Of a stretch of DNA of 64,000 nucleotides, positions 1-8,043 are shown piece after piece; positions within the stretch are counted from its first letter, which is position 1, and every line of letters starts with the position of its first letter. Source of the stretch: Balanoglossus misakiensis (taxonomy: Eukaryota > Animalia > Hemichordata). A program made the position numbers and the translations under genes. Location of the stretch: the NCBI GenBank assembly GCA_040954595.2, contig CM082577.2, forward strand, positions 20,620,303 to 20,684,302. Direction: 5' to 3'. The notes under the pieces were generated by a model that saw only the letters and a program-made list of their open reading frames with translations, did no database searches and was not told the origin of the DNA.

Positions 1-300
1 TTCTGTGATCAGACGAGAACCGGCTTATTCTACGTGGTATGGCCGTAGGCGAAGGATTGTTGAATTTCTCCTACTATAAACCTGAATCCTACACCATTGG
101 ACACATAGCCCGATCTGGCTAATTTTTGTGGGTAACCGATCGACCTACCATAGCTTATAAGGCAAGTAGGGTAAAAAAATATGGTTTGTTTTGTTTTGCA
201 AAAAGTGGTTTTAAAATTCAGACACTTGCAGAAAGAGGAAGAAACGAACACTTGCGACAAAAATGTTATCCATCAGGCTACTCTTTAATGGAAAAGTTGG

Positions 301-305
301 AAAAA
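301..305 (-). terminator. Pol III oligo-T terminator (representative; T5-T9 in other units)
   Basis: Minus strand reads ...GGCTT CA TTTTT CCAAC TTTT directly after the gene; the same arrangement follows nearly every copy. Confidence 0.85.
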
Positions 306-307
306 TG

Positions 308-427
308 AAGCCTACAGCACGTAGTATTCCCAGGTGGTCTCCCATCCAAGTACTAACTACGCCCAACGCAGGTTTGCTTCGGTGATCAGACGAGAACCGG
401 CTTATTCTACGTGGTATGGCCGTAGGC
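308..427 (-). rRNA. 5S rRNA: 5S rRNA gene (representative copy, G93A allele)
   Basis: Minus strand reads GCCTACGGCCATACCACGTAGAATAAGCCGGTTCTCGTCTGATCACCGAAGCAAACCTGCGTTGGGCGTAGTTAGTACTTGGATGGGAGACC(A/G)CCTGGGAATACTACGTGCTGTAGGCTT; 120 nt; Box C TGGATGGGAGACC; 5' and 3' ends pair (helix I). Confidence 0.96.
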
Positions 428-451
428 GAAAGATGGTTGAATTTCTCCTAC

Positions 452-457
452 TATAAA
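452..457 (-). promoter_or_regulatory. TATA-like element at -30..-25 of the 5S gene (representative)
   Basis: Minus strand TTTATA sits at -30 to -25 from the gene start (427) and is conserved in most units. Confidence 0.6.
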
Positions 458-684
458 CCTGAATCCTACACCATTGAACACATAGTCCGACTTGGCTAAT
501 TTTGTGGGTAACCGATCGACCTTCCATAGCTTATAAGGCAAGTGGGATAATAAAATATGGTTGCTTTGTTCTGCAAAAAGTGGTTTTAGAATTCAGGCTC
601 TTTCAGAAAAGGAAGAAACGGACACTTGCGACAAAAATGTTATCCATCAGGCTACTCTTTAATGGAAAAGTTGGAAAAAAAATG

Positions 685-804
685 AAGCCTACAGCACGTA
701 GTATTCCCAGGCGGTCTCCCATCCAAGTACTAACTACGCCCAACGCAGGTTTGCTTCGGTGATCAGACGAGAACCGGCTTATTCTACGTGGTATGGCCGT
801 AGGC
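685..804 (-). rRNA. 5S rRNA: 5S rRNA gene (consensus allele)
   Basis: Same 120-nt sequence with G93; helices I-V can be paired by eye. Confidence 0.96.
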
Positions 805-1061
805 GAAAGATGGTTGAATTTCTCCTACTATAAACCTGAATCCTACACCATTGAACACATAGTCCGACTTGGTTAATTTTTGTGGGTAACCGATCGACCT
901 TCCATAGCTTATAAGGCAAGTAGGATCAAAAATATGGTTTGTTTTGTTTTGCAAAAAGTGGTTTTAAAATTCAGACACTTGCAGAAAGAGGAAGAAACGG
1001 ACACTTGCGTCAAAAATATTATCCATCAGGCTACTCTTTTATGGAAAAGTTGGAAAAAATG

Positions 1062-1181
1062 AAGCCTACAGCACGTAGTATTCCCAGGCGGTCTCCCATC
1101 CAAGTACTAACTACGCCCAACGCAGGTTTGCTTCGGTGATCAGACGAGAACCGGCTTATTCTACGTGGTATGGCCGTGGGC
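1062..1181 (-). rRNA. 5S rRNA: 5S rRNA gene (T4C variant, helix I mismatch)
   Basis: 5' end reads GCCCACG instead of GCCTACG. Confidence 0.9.
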
Positions 1182-1438
1182 GAAGGATTGTTGAATTTCT
1201 CCTACTATAAACCTGAATCCTACACCATTGGACACATAGCCCGATCTGGCTAATTTTTGTGGGTAACCGATCGACCTTCCATAGCTTATAAGGCAAGTAG
1301 GGTCAAAAAATATGGTTTGTTTTGTTCTGCAAAAAGTGGTTTTAAAATTCAGACACTTGCAGAAAGAGGAAGAAACGGACACTTGCGACAAAAATATTAT
1401 CCATCAGGCTACTCTTTAATGGAAAAGTTGGAAAAATG

Positions 1439-1558
1439 AAGCCTACAGCACGTAGTATTCCCAGGTGGTCTCCCATCCAAGTACTAACTACGCCCAACGC
1501 AGGTTTGCTTCGGTGATCAGACGAGAACCGGCTTATTCTACGTGGTATGGCCGTAGGC
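1439..1558 (-). rRNA. 5S rRNA: 5S rRNA gene immediately downstream of the retrotransposon
   Basis: Full 120-nt copy; its start lies 137-140 bp from the target-site duplication. Confidence 0.95.
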
Positions 1559-1694
1559 GAAAGATGGTTGAATTTCTCCTACTATAAACCTGAATCCTAC
1601 ACCATTGAACACATAGTCCGACTTGGCTAATTTTGTGGGTAACCGATCGACCTTCCATAGCTTATAAAGCAAGTGGGATAAAAAATATGGTTTG

Positions 1695-1698
1695 TTTT
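1695..1698. other. 4-bp target-site duplication TTTT (second copy at 9772-9775)
   Basis: Flanks read GGTTTG-TTTT-[element]-TTTT-GTTCTGC; uninterrupted units of the same haplotype read GGTTTGTTTTGTTCTGC (e.g. ~13912-13928). Confidence 0.9.
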
Positions 1699-1773
1699 TG
1701 TCACGGTTGTCGCCGTTCATTCCAACATATTCACACCAAACAGGTTACGGGTAACAAAGACATAGGCCTTACA

Positions 1774-1779
1774 TTTAAT
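1774..1779 (-). terminator. Putative polyadenylation signal ATTAAA in the 3' LTR
   Basis: Minus strand ATTAAA ~75 nt before the LTR end, followed by GT/T-rich sequence. Confidence 0.55.
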
Positions 1780-1781
1780 AA

Positions 1782-2103
1782 CTGAAATGGAACAAATACA
1801 TGTCAGTTCCAACGTGTGTGGCCGGTCTGGCTACAGAGGTGAACTGCTAAATTACACACATGTATGGGAGTTCACCTCCAACAGAATACACCAAAATTCA
1901 TGCAAGTGAAAAATATAGACATACAATTGGAAAATTGACGCAAGTTAAAGACACCAATTACTTGTGCTGAAATGAGTCGGTAGAATGCACCAAAATACAA
2001 AGCTTCAAGCAACAGGTAAGGTACCAGGAAACTAACCTGAAATGGAACAAATACATGTCAGTTCCACAACGTGTGTGGCCGGTCTGGCTACAGAGGTGAA
2101 CTG
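1782..2103. repeat. Pair of 65/67-bp direct repeats inside each LTR (1782-1846 and 2037-2103; also 9211-9275 and 9466-9532)
   Basis: CTGAAATGGAACAAATACATGTCAGTTCC(AC)AACGTGTGTGGCCGGTCTGGCTACAGAGGTGAACTG occurs twice, differing only by a 2-bp indel. Confidence 0.95.
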
Positions 2104-2342
2104 ACCAATTTTATGCACCATGTCCTTTTATATCAGCAATTACATCATAGTGCCAGATTAGCTTGTGTTCATTGGTCAAATGAAACTTCCAGGTGGTTTG
2201 CATATAATTAAGATCAACCAATTGAAGGTAAGTACTATTACGTCATATGAATAATTGAATAACTAATTACTATAAGATACAGGTATAACATACATACAGA
2301 TATACATGTATACAAATTCAATGGATCAACAAGGCCGTTACA

Positions 2343-2354
2343 CGCACCCCTGCG
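2343..2354 (-). promoter_or_regulatory. Short, imperfect polypurine-tract candidate
   Basis: Minus strand (C)GCAGGGGTGCG abuts the 3' LTR; G-rich but not pure purine. Confidence 0.45.
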
Positions 2355-2401
2355 AGGAGAAATGGCGTCCTCGTCATTTAAAGTAAGTTAAAGATATTTG
2401 A

Positions 2402-5400
2402 TTAATAGTGGCAATTAATAAATGGTATAGAAGATAAAGTCGTATGAGAAAACTGTTTTAGATTCCATTGTTCGGGACTATATCTATCTGGAGGTCGTCT
2501 CTGTCGTGTAGGATAGCGTGGTTCAGGTTGAGTACTACTACTGGAGTCAGGACTGATGTTGGTTGTAGCAGGAGTGATACCATCTGGATCGCTCGATGAC
2601 CAACCATCCGTACTTTGCAAAATATGATTCGAGAAATCTGAGGTAAGTACTTGAGAAGGTCCATCCGGATTAACCATACTTGTGGGGTTGTCCATCAGGG
2701 AACTTTCTCTTCTGGATGGGATGAATTCTGCAGCAGTAGGATTAAGAGCATTGTGTTCTGTTGGCAAGTTGATAGTTGACACGAATTGCAATTTACCAAT
2801 GCCGTCATCATCTTCGTCCACTGCATCCTGGGTAGCATCGTTGATAACACCCGGTACACTCTGCTTAACATCACGCTGCGTCATCTTGGTGTTAACATCG
2901 TCATCCAGTTCGTCCGGAATTATTGGTATTGGGAGTAGCAAATTTCTATGTAGTGTCCGCTTCCTTCCACCCTTAACTTGTTTTTGTACCACGTATACTG
3001 GAATGTCTTCTATGGGCTGTGAAATCACTGTATATGGATCCTTTTCCCATTGGTCTGCCAATTTGTAATTGTCTTTAGGTCCTGTATTCTTCACCAACAC
3101 AGTATCACCAGGTTGTATTATGGCCACCTTCACTTTTCTATCATATGACTTCTTCTGCCGTTCACCAGACTTAACAGACCGTTCCGTTGCTACTTTATAG
3201 GCGTAATCCAACCGTTCGGCAAGTTTCGTCACATAATCTGAAACTGTTCCACCATATTCTAGGTTGGTCTGGTCTGCATGTCCAGATACATCTATAGGCA
3301 GTCTTGGTTCACGACCAAACATCAAAAAGAAAGGTGAATATCCGGTGCTTTCATGCTTTGTAGAATTATAGGCATGAACCATCGTATTGACATGTGAAGC
3401 CCATCTTGTTTTGTTGTCTTCATTCATAGTTCCAAGCATCTGTAATAACGTCTTATTAAATCGTTCGCACATTCCATTTCCCTGGGGGTGGTATGGAGTG
3501 GTCCTGGACTTCTTAATATTTGCTATTCGGCAAAGTTCCTGAATTGTAGACGACTCAAAGTTTCGCCCCTGGTCACTGTGTAATCGTCCTGGGAACCCAT
3601 AATGCAAAATCAAATGTTCAAACAATGCTTTGGCAGTTGTTTTGGCAGACTGGTTCTTTGTAGGTACTGCTATAGCGTATCGAGTGAAATGATCCGTCAT
3701 CACTAATATGTTGCTATATCCTTGATCTGGTGTTGGTATATGGAGAAAGTCGATGCACACCATTTCCATCGGTTGTGATGTGTGAATATTAACCAAGGGA
3801 GTTCTGGGTAATGAAGTTGAACTTTTCCTGCGAATGCATGGTAAACAATGTTCCACTTTCTTTTGAACATCCATCGACATCCTAGGCCAGTAGAATCTTC
3901 GTCGTACCAGATCCAGGGTTTTATCTTGGCCAAAGTGTCCAAGTTTATCATGTAGTTCCTCCAGGACATCTTTTCTATGGTGTACTGGTAAGACAAGTTG
4001 CAAATATTGTATATCATCGATGAAGCATTTCCTGTATAGGACTCCATTCTTCAGAACAAGGCGTTTCCAATCTCGTATAAGTAGTCTGATATCTCCTGTA
4101 TGATCTCTCATAAGTGGTTTGTGGTCCTTTTCAAGCTGATCAGTCACATACCGTATTGTTGAATCTTTGGACTGCTCCGTCTTCCAGAACACATCATCCC
4201 CACCTTGAACTACTGCAGGTCTGTCCTCATCTGCTACCATTCCGAATGAAGTTACGTATGGACCTTCTGTTGCTCGACAAAGCGCCTGGACTACCTCGGC
4301 TCCCAGATTGGTTTCCGTCTCTGGATTCTCTCTATTCCATGGAATCCTAGACAAAGCGTCAGCCTCTATATTCTTCTTACCACTCCGGTAAACAATAGAG
4401 AAGTCGTACAATGACAAGTCTGACAACCATCTGTGTCCCACCGCATCCAGTTTCGCAGAAGTTAACACATACGTCAAAGGGTTGTTGTCTGTAAACACAG
4501 TGAATTTGCTTCCATACAGGTAGTCGTTGAACTTCTTGGTGACGGCCCATTTCAGTGCCAAAAATTCTAATTTATGAGCTGGATAATTACTTTCAGACTT
4601 GGTGAGTCCTCTACTTGCATAGGCAATTACTCTGAGAATACCTTTCTGGCGTTGATACAGCACTGCTCCCAGACCTGTGGAACTTGCATCAGTATGTATT
4701 TCAAATGGAAGTGAGTAGTCAGCAAAGGCTAGTATTGGTGACGACATTAGGCTCTTCCTCAGAGTGTCGAAAGCTTGTTGTTCCTGTTGTCCCCACTGGA
4801 GTTTTTCAAATTTTCCCGCCTTATTCCTTGACTGACGTGCACACAGCAAGTCGTTAAGTGGCTTGGCAATATTACTGTAGCTTTGGATAAATCTCCTGTA
4901 ATACCCTGCAAATCCAAGAAATCTTCTCAGTTCTGTTACAGTAGTGGGTATTGGCCATTCCTTCAGAGCTGCTACCTTGTCTGGGTCCGTTGTAATTCCG
5001 TCGGCTGATACCACGTGTCCAAGATATTTCACCTTCTTCTGGAATAAAACACATTTCGTTGCCTTCAACTTTAATCCATGTGATGCCAGCCGCTGGAATA
5101 CCCGCTCCAATCTATTGAGGTGGTCTTCAAAAGTCTTCGAAAATACTATGATGTCATCTAAATACACACAACATTCTCTGAACGCCAATTCTCCAAAACA
5201 CTTCTCCATGAGACGCTGGAAAGTTGCAGGTGCGTTGGTCAGACCCATAGACATACGGTTGAATTCAAATAAGCCGAAGTTTCCCACCGTGAAAGCTGTC
5301 TTCGCTTTGTCGTCTTCCGCCATCTCTACTTGGTAATATCCAGACCGTAGATCAAGCGATGAAAACCACTCGGCGTTACTAAGGTTATCAAGCGTATCCA

Positions 5401-6661
5401 ATACCCGGGGTAATGCGTAAGCGTCTTTAATGGTTTTGGCGTTGAGACGTCTATAATCGATACACACCCTCAGCTTCCCATCAGGTTTTCTGACACATAC
5501 AACATTTGAGGACCACGGGCTGTTTGATTCTCTAATCACACCACTCTGTAGCATATCTTGCAGGTACTTTTGCAATTCTTCGTACATACCCATAGGGATT
5601 CGACGGTATTTATCTTTAAAGGGGGTTTCATCCGTTAACTTTATCGAATGTGTTACCAATGTTGTGTGTCCCAAATCTCTCTCACCTGTAGAGAACACGG
5701 TTTGCCATTTACCAATGGTAGCCAAGGCTTGGTCTTTCTGGATTTCTGTTAATTCTGTATCTGCCTCTTGTAATCCCAGGTCTTTTATCAGCCAATCGGG
5801 TACTTTTGGTGAGGTGGTCCCATCTGAGTTTGTATCAATATCATCTCCATATGGATCTAAAGGCTGTGAGACATTAGATGCTAAGTTCATGTTACATAGG
5901 GTGCTTTTAGGGGGAACTGTGACAGCACGTGCTCCATAGTTGGTCACCATTACTGGGATTCGACACGAATTACCACGAGGCTCTAACTTCAACACGGCTG
6001 GAGTAACAAGTAAACCACCAGGTAAAAGTCTGTCATTTTCTGGTTCCACCACAACTACTGATTGACAATTTCTTAGGTCCACTCTGCAAAATCCATGGAT
6101 GACTGTGCGTTCGTATGGCCCAATGGTTGTGGGTTTAGTAGTGGTAACTGTAAATGTCCTACCTTCGGCCCTCTGCCGGTGGATAGTCGCTTGGTATGCT
6201 AGTCTCCATACTGAGGATAGGTCTGTACTGTACTGTGTATCTTCATCCACAAAATGTTGGAGAACATTTGTGCCTATCACAACTGGAACCATCTGATTAT
6301 ATTCCGTGTCTTCAACAACAAGCAATAATATATCTTTAGACATCTCTTGTCCATGGCTATCTGGGAATTTCACTTCAACTTCAATATAACCAAGGTAAGG
6401 AACTTCTGTACCACTAGCCCCTTCTACCTTCACCAAGTTGTTCAGGTCATGAATTGGTTTCTGTAGCTTCTCTCTGTTGAAAGTGTCAGCAACAGTAGAT
6501 ACCATGGACCCGGTGTCTATCAGCGCAATACACGAGGATCCTTCCAACACAATCTCAGTTTCATTGGCGTGGCCTATTAAAGAATCAATAACATTAGAGG
6601 GACTGTTACCGTTCCGACCTAGCGCATGTCCCTCCGGATGCCTGGTCGCTCCCCATTTAAA
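2402..6661 (-). CDS. pol: Pol polyprotein (protease, reverse transcriptase, RNase H, integrase), probably made as Gag-Pol by -1 frameshift; the ORF-track GTG start at 6550 is probably not the real start
   Basis: Protease LIDTGS (~6517), RT YLDD (5164-5153), RNase H TDAS (4693-4682), integrase H-H-C-C plus IDF/SDQG/ERFN, and a C-terminal RYPTRQRRPPDRY; the frame is open from 6688 with no ATG before the protease; no internal stops. Confidence 0.96.
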   Translation of the reverse strand, partial: FKWGATRHPEGHALGRNGNSPSNVIDSLIGHANETEIVLEGSSCIALIDTGSMVSTVADTFNREKLQKPIHDLNNLVKVEGASGTEVPYLGYIEVEVKFPDSHGQEMSKDILLLVVEDTEYNQMVPVVIGTNVLQHFVDEDTQYSTDLSSVWRLAYQATIHRQRAEGRTFTVTTTKPTTIGPYERTVIHGFCRVDLRNCQSVVVVEPENDRLLPGGLLVTPAVLKLEPRGNSCRIPVMVTNYGARAVTVPPKSTLCNMNLASNVSQPLDPYGDDIDTNSDGTTSPKVPDWLIKDLGLQEADTELTEIQKDQALATIGKWQTVFSTGERDLGHTTLVTHSIKLTDETPFKDKYRRIPMGMYEELQKYLQDMLQSGVIRESNSPWSSNVVCVRKPDGKLRVCIDYRRLNAKTIKDAYALPRVLDTLDNLSNAEWFSSLDLRSGYYQVEMAEDDKAKTAFTVGNFGLFEFNRMSMGLTNAPATFQRLMEKCFGELAFRECCVYLDDIIVFSKTFEDHLNRLERVFQRLASHGLKLKATKCVLFQKKVKYLGHVVSADGITTDPDKVAALKEWPIPTTVTELRRFLGFAGYYRRFIQSYSNIAKPLNDLLCARQSRNKAGKFEKLQWGQQEQQAFDTLRKSLMSSPILAFADYSLPFEIHTDASSTGLGAVLYQRQKGILRVIAYASRGLTKSESNYPAHKLEFLALKWAVTKKFNDYLYGSKFTVFTDNNPLTYVLTSAKLDAVGHRWLSDLSLYDFSIVYRSGKKNIEADALSRIPWNRENPETETNLGAEVVQALCRATEGPYVTSFGMVADEDRPAVVQGGDDVFWKTEQSKDSTIRYVTDQLEKDHKPLMRDHTGDIRLLIRDWKRLVLKNGVLYRKCFIDDIQYLQLVLPVHHRKDVLEELHDKLGHFGQDKTLDLVRRRFYWPRMSMDVQKKVEHCLPCIRRKSSTSLPRTPLVNIHTSQPMEMVCIDFLHIPTPDQGYSNILVMTDHFTRYAIAVPTKNQSAKTTAKALFEHLILHYGFPGRLHSDQGRNFESSTIQELCRIANIKKSRTTPYHPQGNGMCERFNKTLLQMLGTMNEDNKTRWASHVNTMVHAYNSTKHESTGYSPFFLMFGREPRLPIDVSGHADQTNLEYGGTVSDYVTKLAERLDYAYKVATERSVKSGERQKKSYDRKVKVAIIQPGDTVLVKNTGPKDNYKLADQWEKDPYTVISQPIEDIPVYVVQKQVKGGRKRTLHRNLLLPIPIIPDELDDDVNTKMTQRDVKQSVPGVINDATQDAVDEDDDGIGKLQFVSTINLPTEHNALNPTAAEFIPSRRESSLMDNPTSMVNPDGPSQVLTSDFSNHILQSTDGWSSSDPDGITPATTNISPDSSSSTQPEPRYPTRQRRPPDRYSPEQWNLKQFSHTTLSSIPFINCHY
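6615..6661 (-). promoter_or_regulatory. -1 programmed ribosomal frameshift signal
   Basis: Slippery heptamer T TTA AAT (6661-6655) in the gag frame, 6-nt spacer GGGGAG, then a stem-loop CGACC-AG-GCAT-CC(GGAG)GG-ATGC-CT-GGTCG (6648-6615); pol is in the -1 frame. Confidence 0.8.
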
Positions 6662-8043
6662 GGACAGTCTGTCTTTTTGTGTCCATGTTCACCACACTTG
6701 AAGCAGTTGCCTGGGAAAACTTGTTTGGGTTGGCGAGTTCCATCGTTGCCACGCCGATCCCGGCCATTTTCATTGTTGACACGTCGGCGAAAAGTAGACT
6801 CTGGAGTTGATGATGTTGAAGTTCGCTTCTCTAGTTCAGCAACCTTCTCAGCTAAGTTCTTCAGACCTTTGGTAAGTTCCTCCAATTTGGTTATCATCGT
6901 CTTGTCAGCAACAGTTGCTTGGTGAACCCTGGTAGTGGTCTCCCTATTTACTTCAAGCTTTCTTGCGGCTAGCAACAATCCTGAATAATCTTCTCCCGTA
7001 TCATATCGGTGTCTGATTGCATTCTTAATGTGCTCATCTGACAGGCCAGAAAAGAATTTGGTTCGAAGCATGGTTTCTTCTGAATTACTAGAGATGGACT
7101 GACCTGATCTGAGTTCATCCAAAAGTCCTTCGATGCGACAGGCCCATTCTGCTACCTTTTCTGTCTTCGTTTGTCGTGCTGTATAGAATTTTTCCAAAAC
7201 TGCTTCCGGTGGCAATACTTTCCCAAAGACCATGTCCATCTTCGCCATCAATCGGGACACTGTGATGTCTTCTCCCATATGTAGTAGGACTTCAGCAGCG
7301 GACGCTCGTAGGGATTTCCGAACAGCCTGCATAATTATGGTCTCCGGAAACACATTCTCCCTCTGTAGTGCTCGAACTTCATATCGCCACATTTCATAAG
7401 TGACATCACCTTTGCCAGAGAAGACGACTATTCTTGGGAATTCCACCGAGTGAAAAGCAGTAGTGGCTGTGGCTGGCTGTGCAGCAGCTGCTTGGGCAGG
7501 TGAAGACATAATAAATGGTGAAGAATCTGCAACTGAAGTTGGTACTGGAAATGCTGGAAATGGAATCGGCTGTGGCATAGGGGTTGATACGATTGGTTTC
7601 AGTGGAGCAGGTGATATGGCCTGTGCAACCGCTTTCCTATCTGCTTCAGACAGTAAACTCAACATGTTAATAATTTCCTGTACATCTGCTTTGGGTTTGG
7701 ATGTCTTGGGATCACTGGTTTCATTGTAATCTAGGCCAGTACTTTGTTCGGTTTCCTCAATTAAATGCCACAGTTCCAACCCTCGGGCTGTGGTCACACG
7801 ACTTGCCCGTAATTTGCTTTCTTCAAAAGTGCTTTTATGTATTACTGGCAGAGCGGCTGTGGCTGATTCTATATTCTCAAATATGACAAAAGCGGAATCT
7901 TTATCAGAAATATAAATTTGATCAACCTGGGCCAACCCAAGCTGTAACTCTATAAATTCTCTAAAATGTTTCTTTGTACATTCAAAAGGCAAGTGTTGCA
8001 CATAAATGCTTCGCTCTTGAATTGATATTTTGGACACAGCCAT
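6619..8043 (-). CDS. gag: Gag, 474 aa: RRM-like N-terminus, Pro/Ala linker, PNMA-like capsid, coiled coil, CCHC zinc knuckle
   Basis: ATG start; RNP2-like IYVQHL and RNP1-like KDSAFVIF; capsid motifs FSGKGDVTYEMWRYEV, VRKSLRASAAEVL and FYTARQTKTEKVAEWACRIEGLL; knuckle CFKCGEHGHKKTDC at 6705-6664. Confidence 0.93.
   Translation of the reverse strand: MAVSKISIQERSIYVQHLPFECTKKHFREFIELQLGLAQVDQIYISDKDSAFVIFENIESATAALPVIHKSTFEESKLRASRVTTARGLELWHLIEETEQSTGLDYNETSDPKTSKPKADVQEIINMLSLLSEADRKAVAQAISPAPLKPIVSTPMPQPIPFPAFPVPTSVADSSPFIMSSPAQAAAAQPATATTAFHSVEFPRIVVFSGKGDVTYEMWRYEVRALQRENVFPETIIMQAVRKSLRASAAEVLLHMGEDITVSRLMAKMDMVFGKVLPPEAVLEKFYTARQTKTEKVAEWACRIEGLLDELRSGQSISSNSEETMLRTKFFSGLSDEHIKNAIRHRYDTGEDYSGLLLAARKLEVNRETTTRVHQATVADKTMITKLEELTKGLKNLAEKVAELEKRTSTSSTPESTFRRRVNNENGRDRRGNDGTRQPKQVFPGNCFKCGEHGHKKTDCPLNGERPGIRRDMR

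Larger units (their letters stand above)
1..1698 (-). repeat. 5S rDNA tandem array, left part (~377-bp units; genes at <1-50, 308-427, 685-804, 1062-1181, 1439-1558)
   Basis: Gene 5' ends recur at 50, 427, 804, 1181 and 1558 (377-bp period); each unit is a 120-nt 5S gene plus an AT-rich spacer. Confidence 0.97.
1699..2342 (-). repeat. 3' LTR (644 bp)
   Basis: Same length as 9128-9771 and no differences found by eye. Confidence 0.97.

Noticed and set aside
221-256. Short direct repeat (G)ACACTTGC occurring twice per spacer
   Set aside because: Only 8-9 bp, and one copy is mutated in a common haplotype, so there is no support for a function
1699-2342. 5S sequence inside the LTR (Cassandra-like) or a hammerhead ribozyme in the LTR repeats
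   Set aside because: No 5S Box A/C similarity in the LTR, and no CUGANGA/GAAA core with suitable stems found by eye
2402-2950. Chromodomain at the integrase C-terminus
   Set aside because: The tail is low-complexity acidic and Ser/Pro-rich, with no aromatic-cage pattern such as YLVKWKG
2458-7886. Short antisense and alternative-frame ORFs overlapping gag and pol
   Set aside because: Shadow ORFs of long coding regions with no recognisable domains
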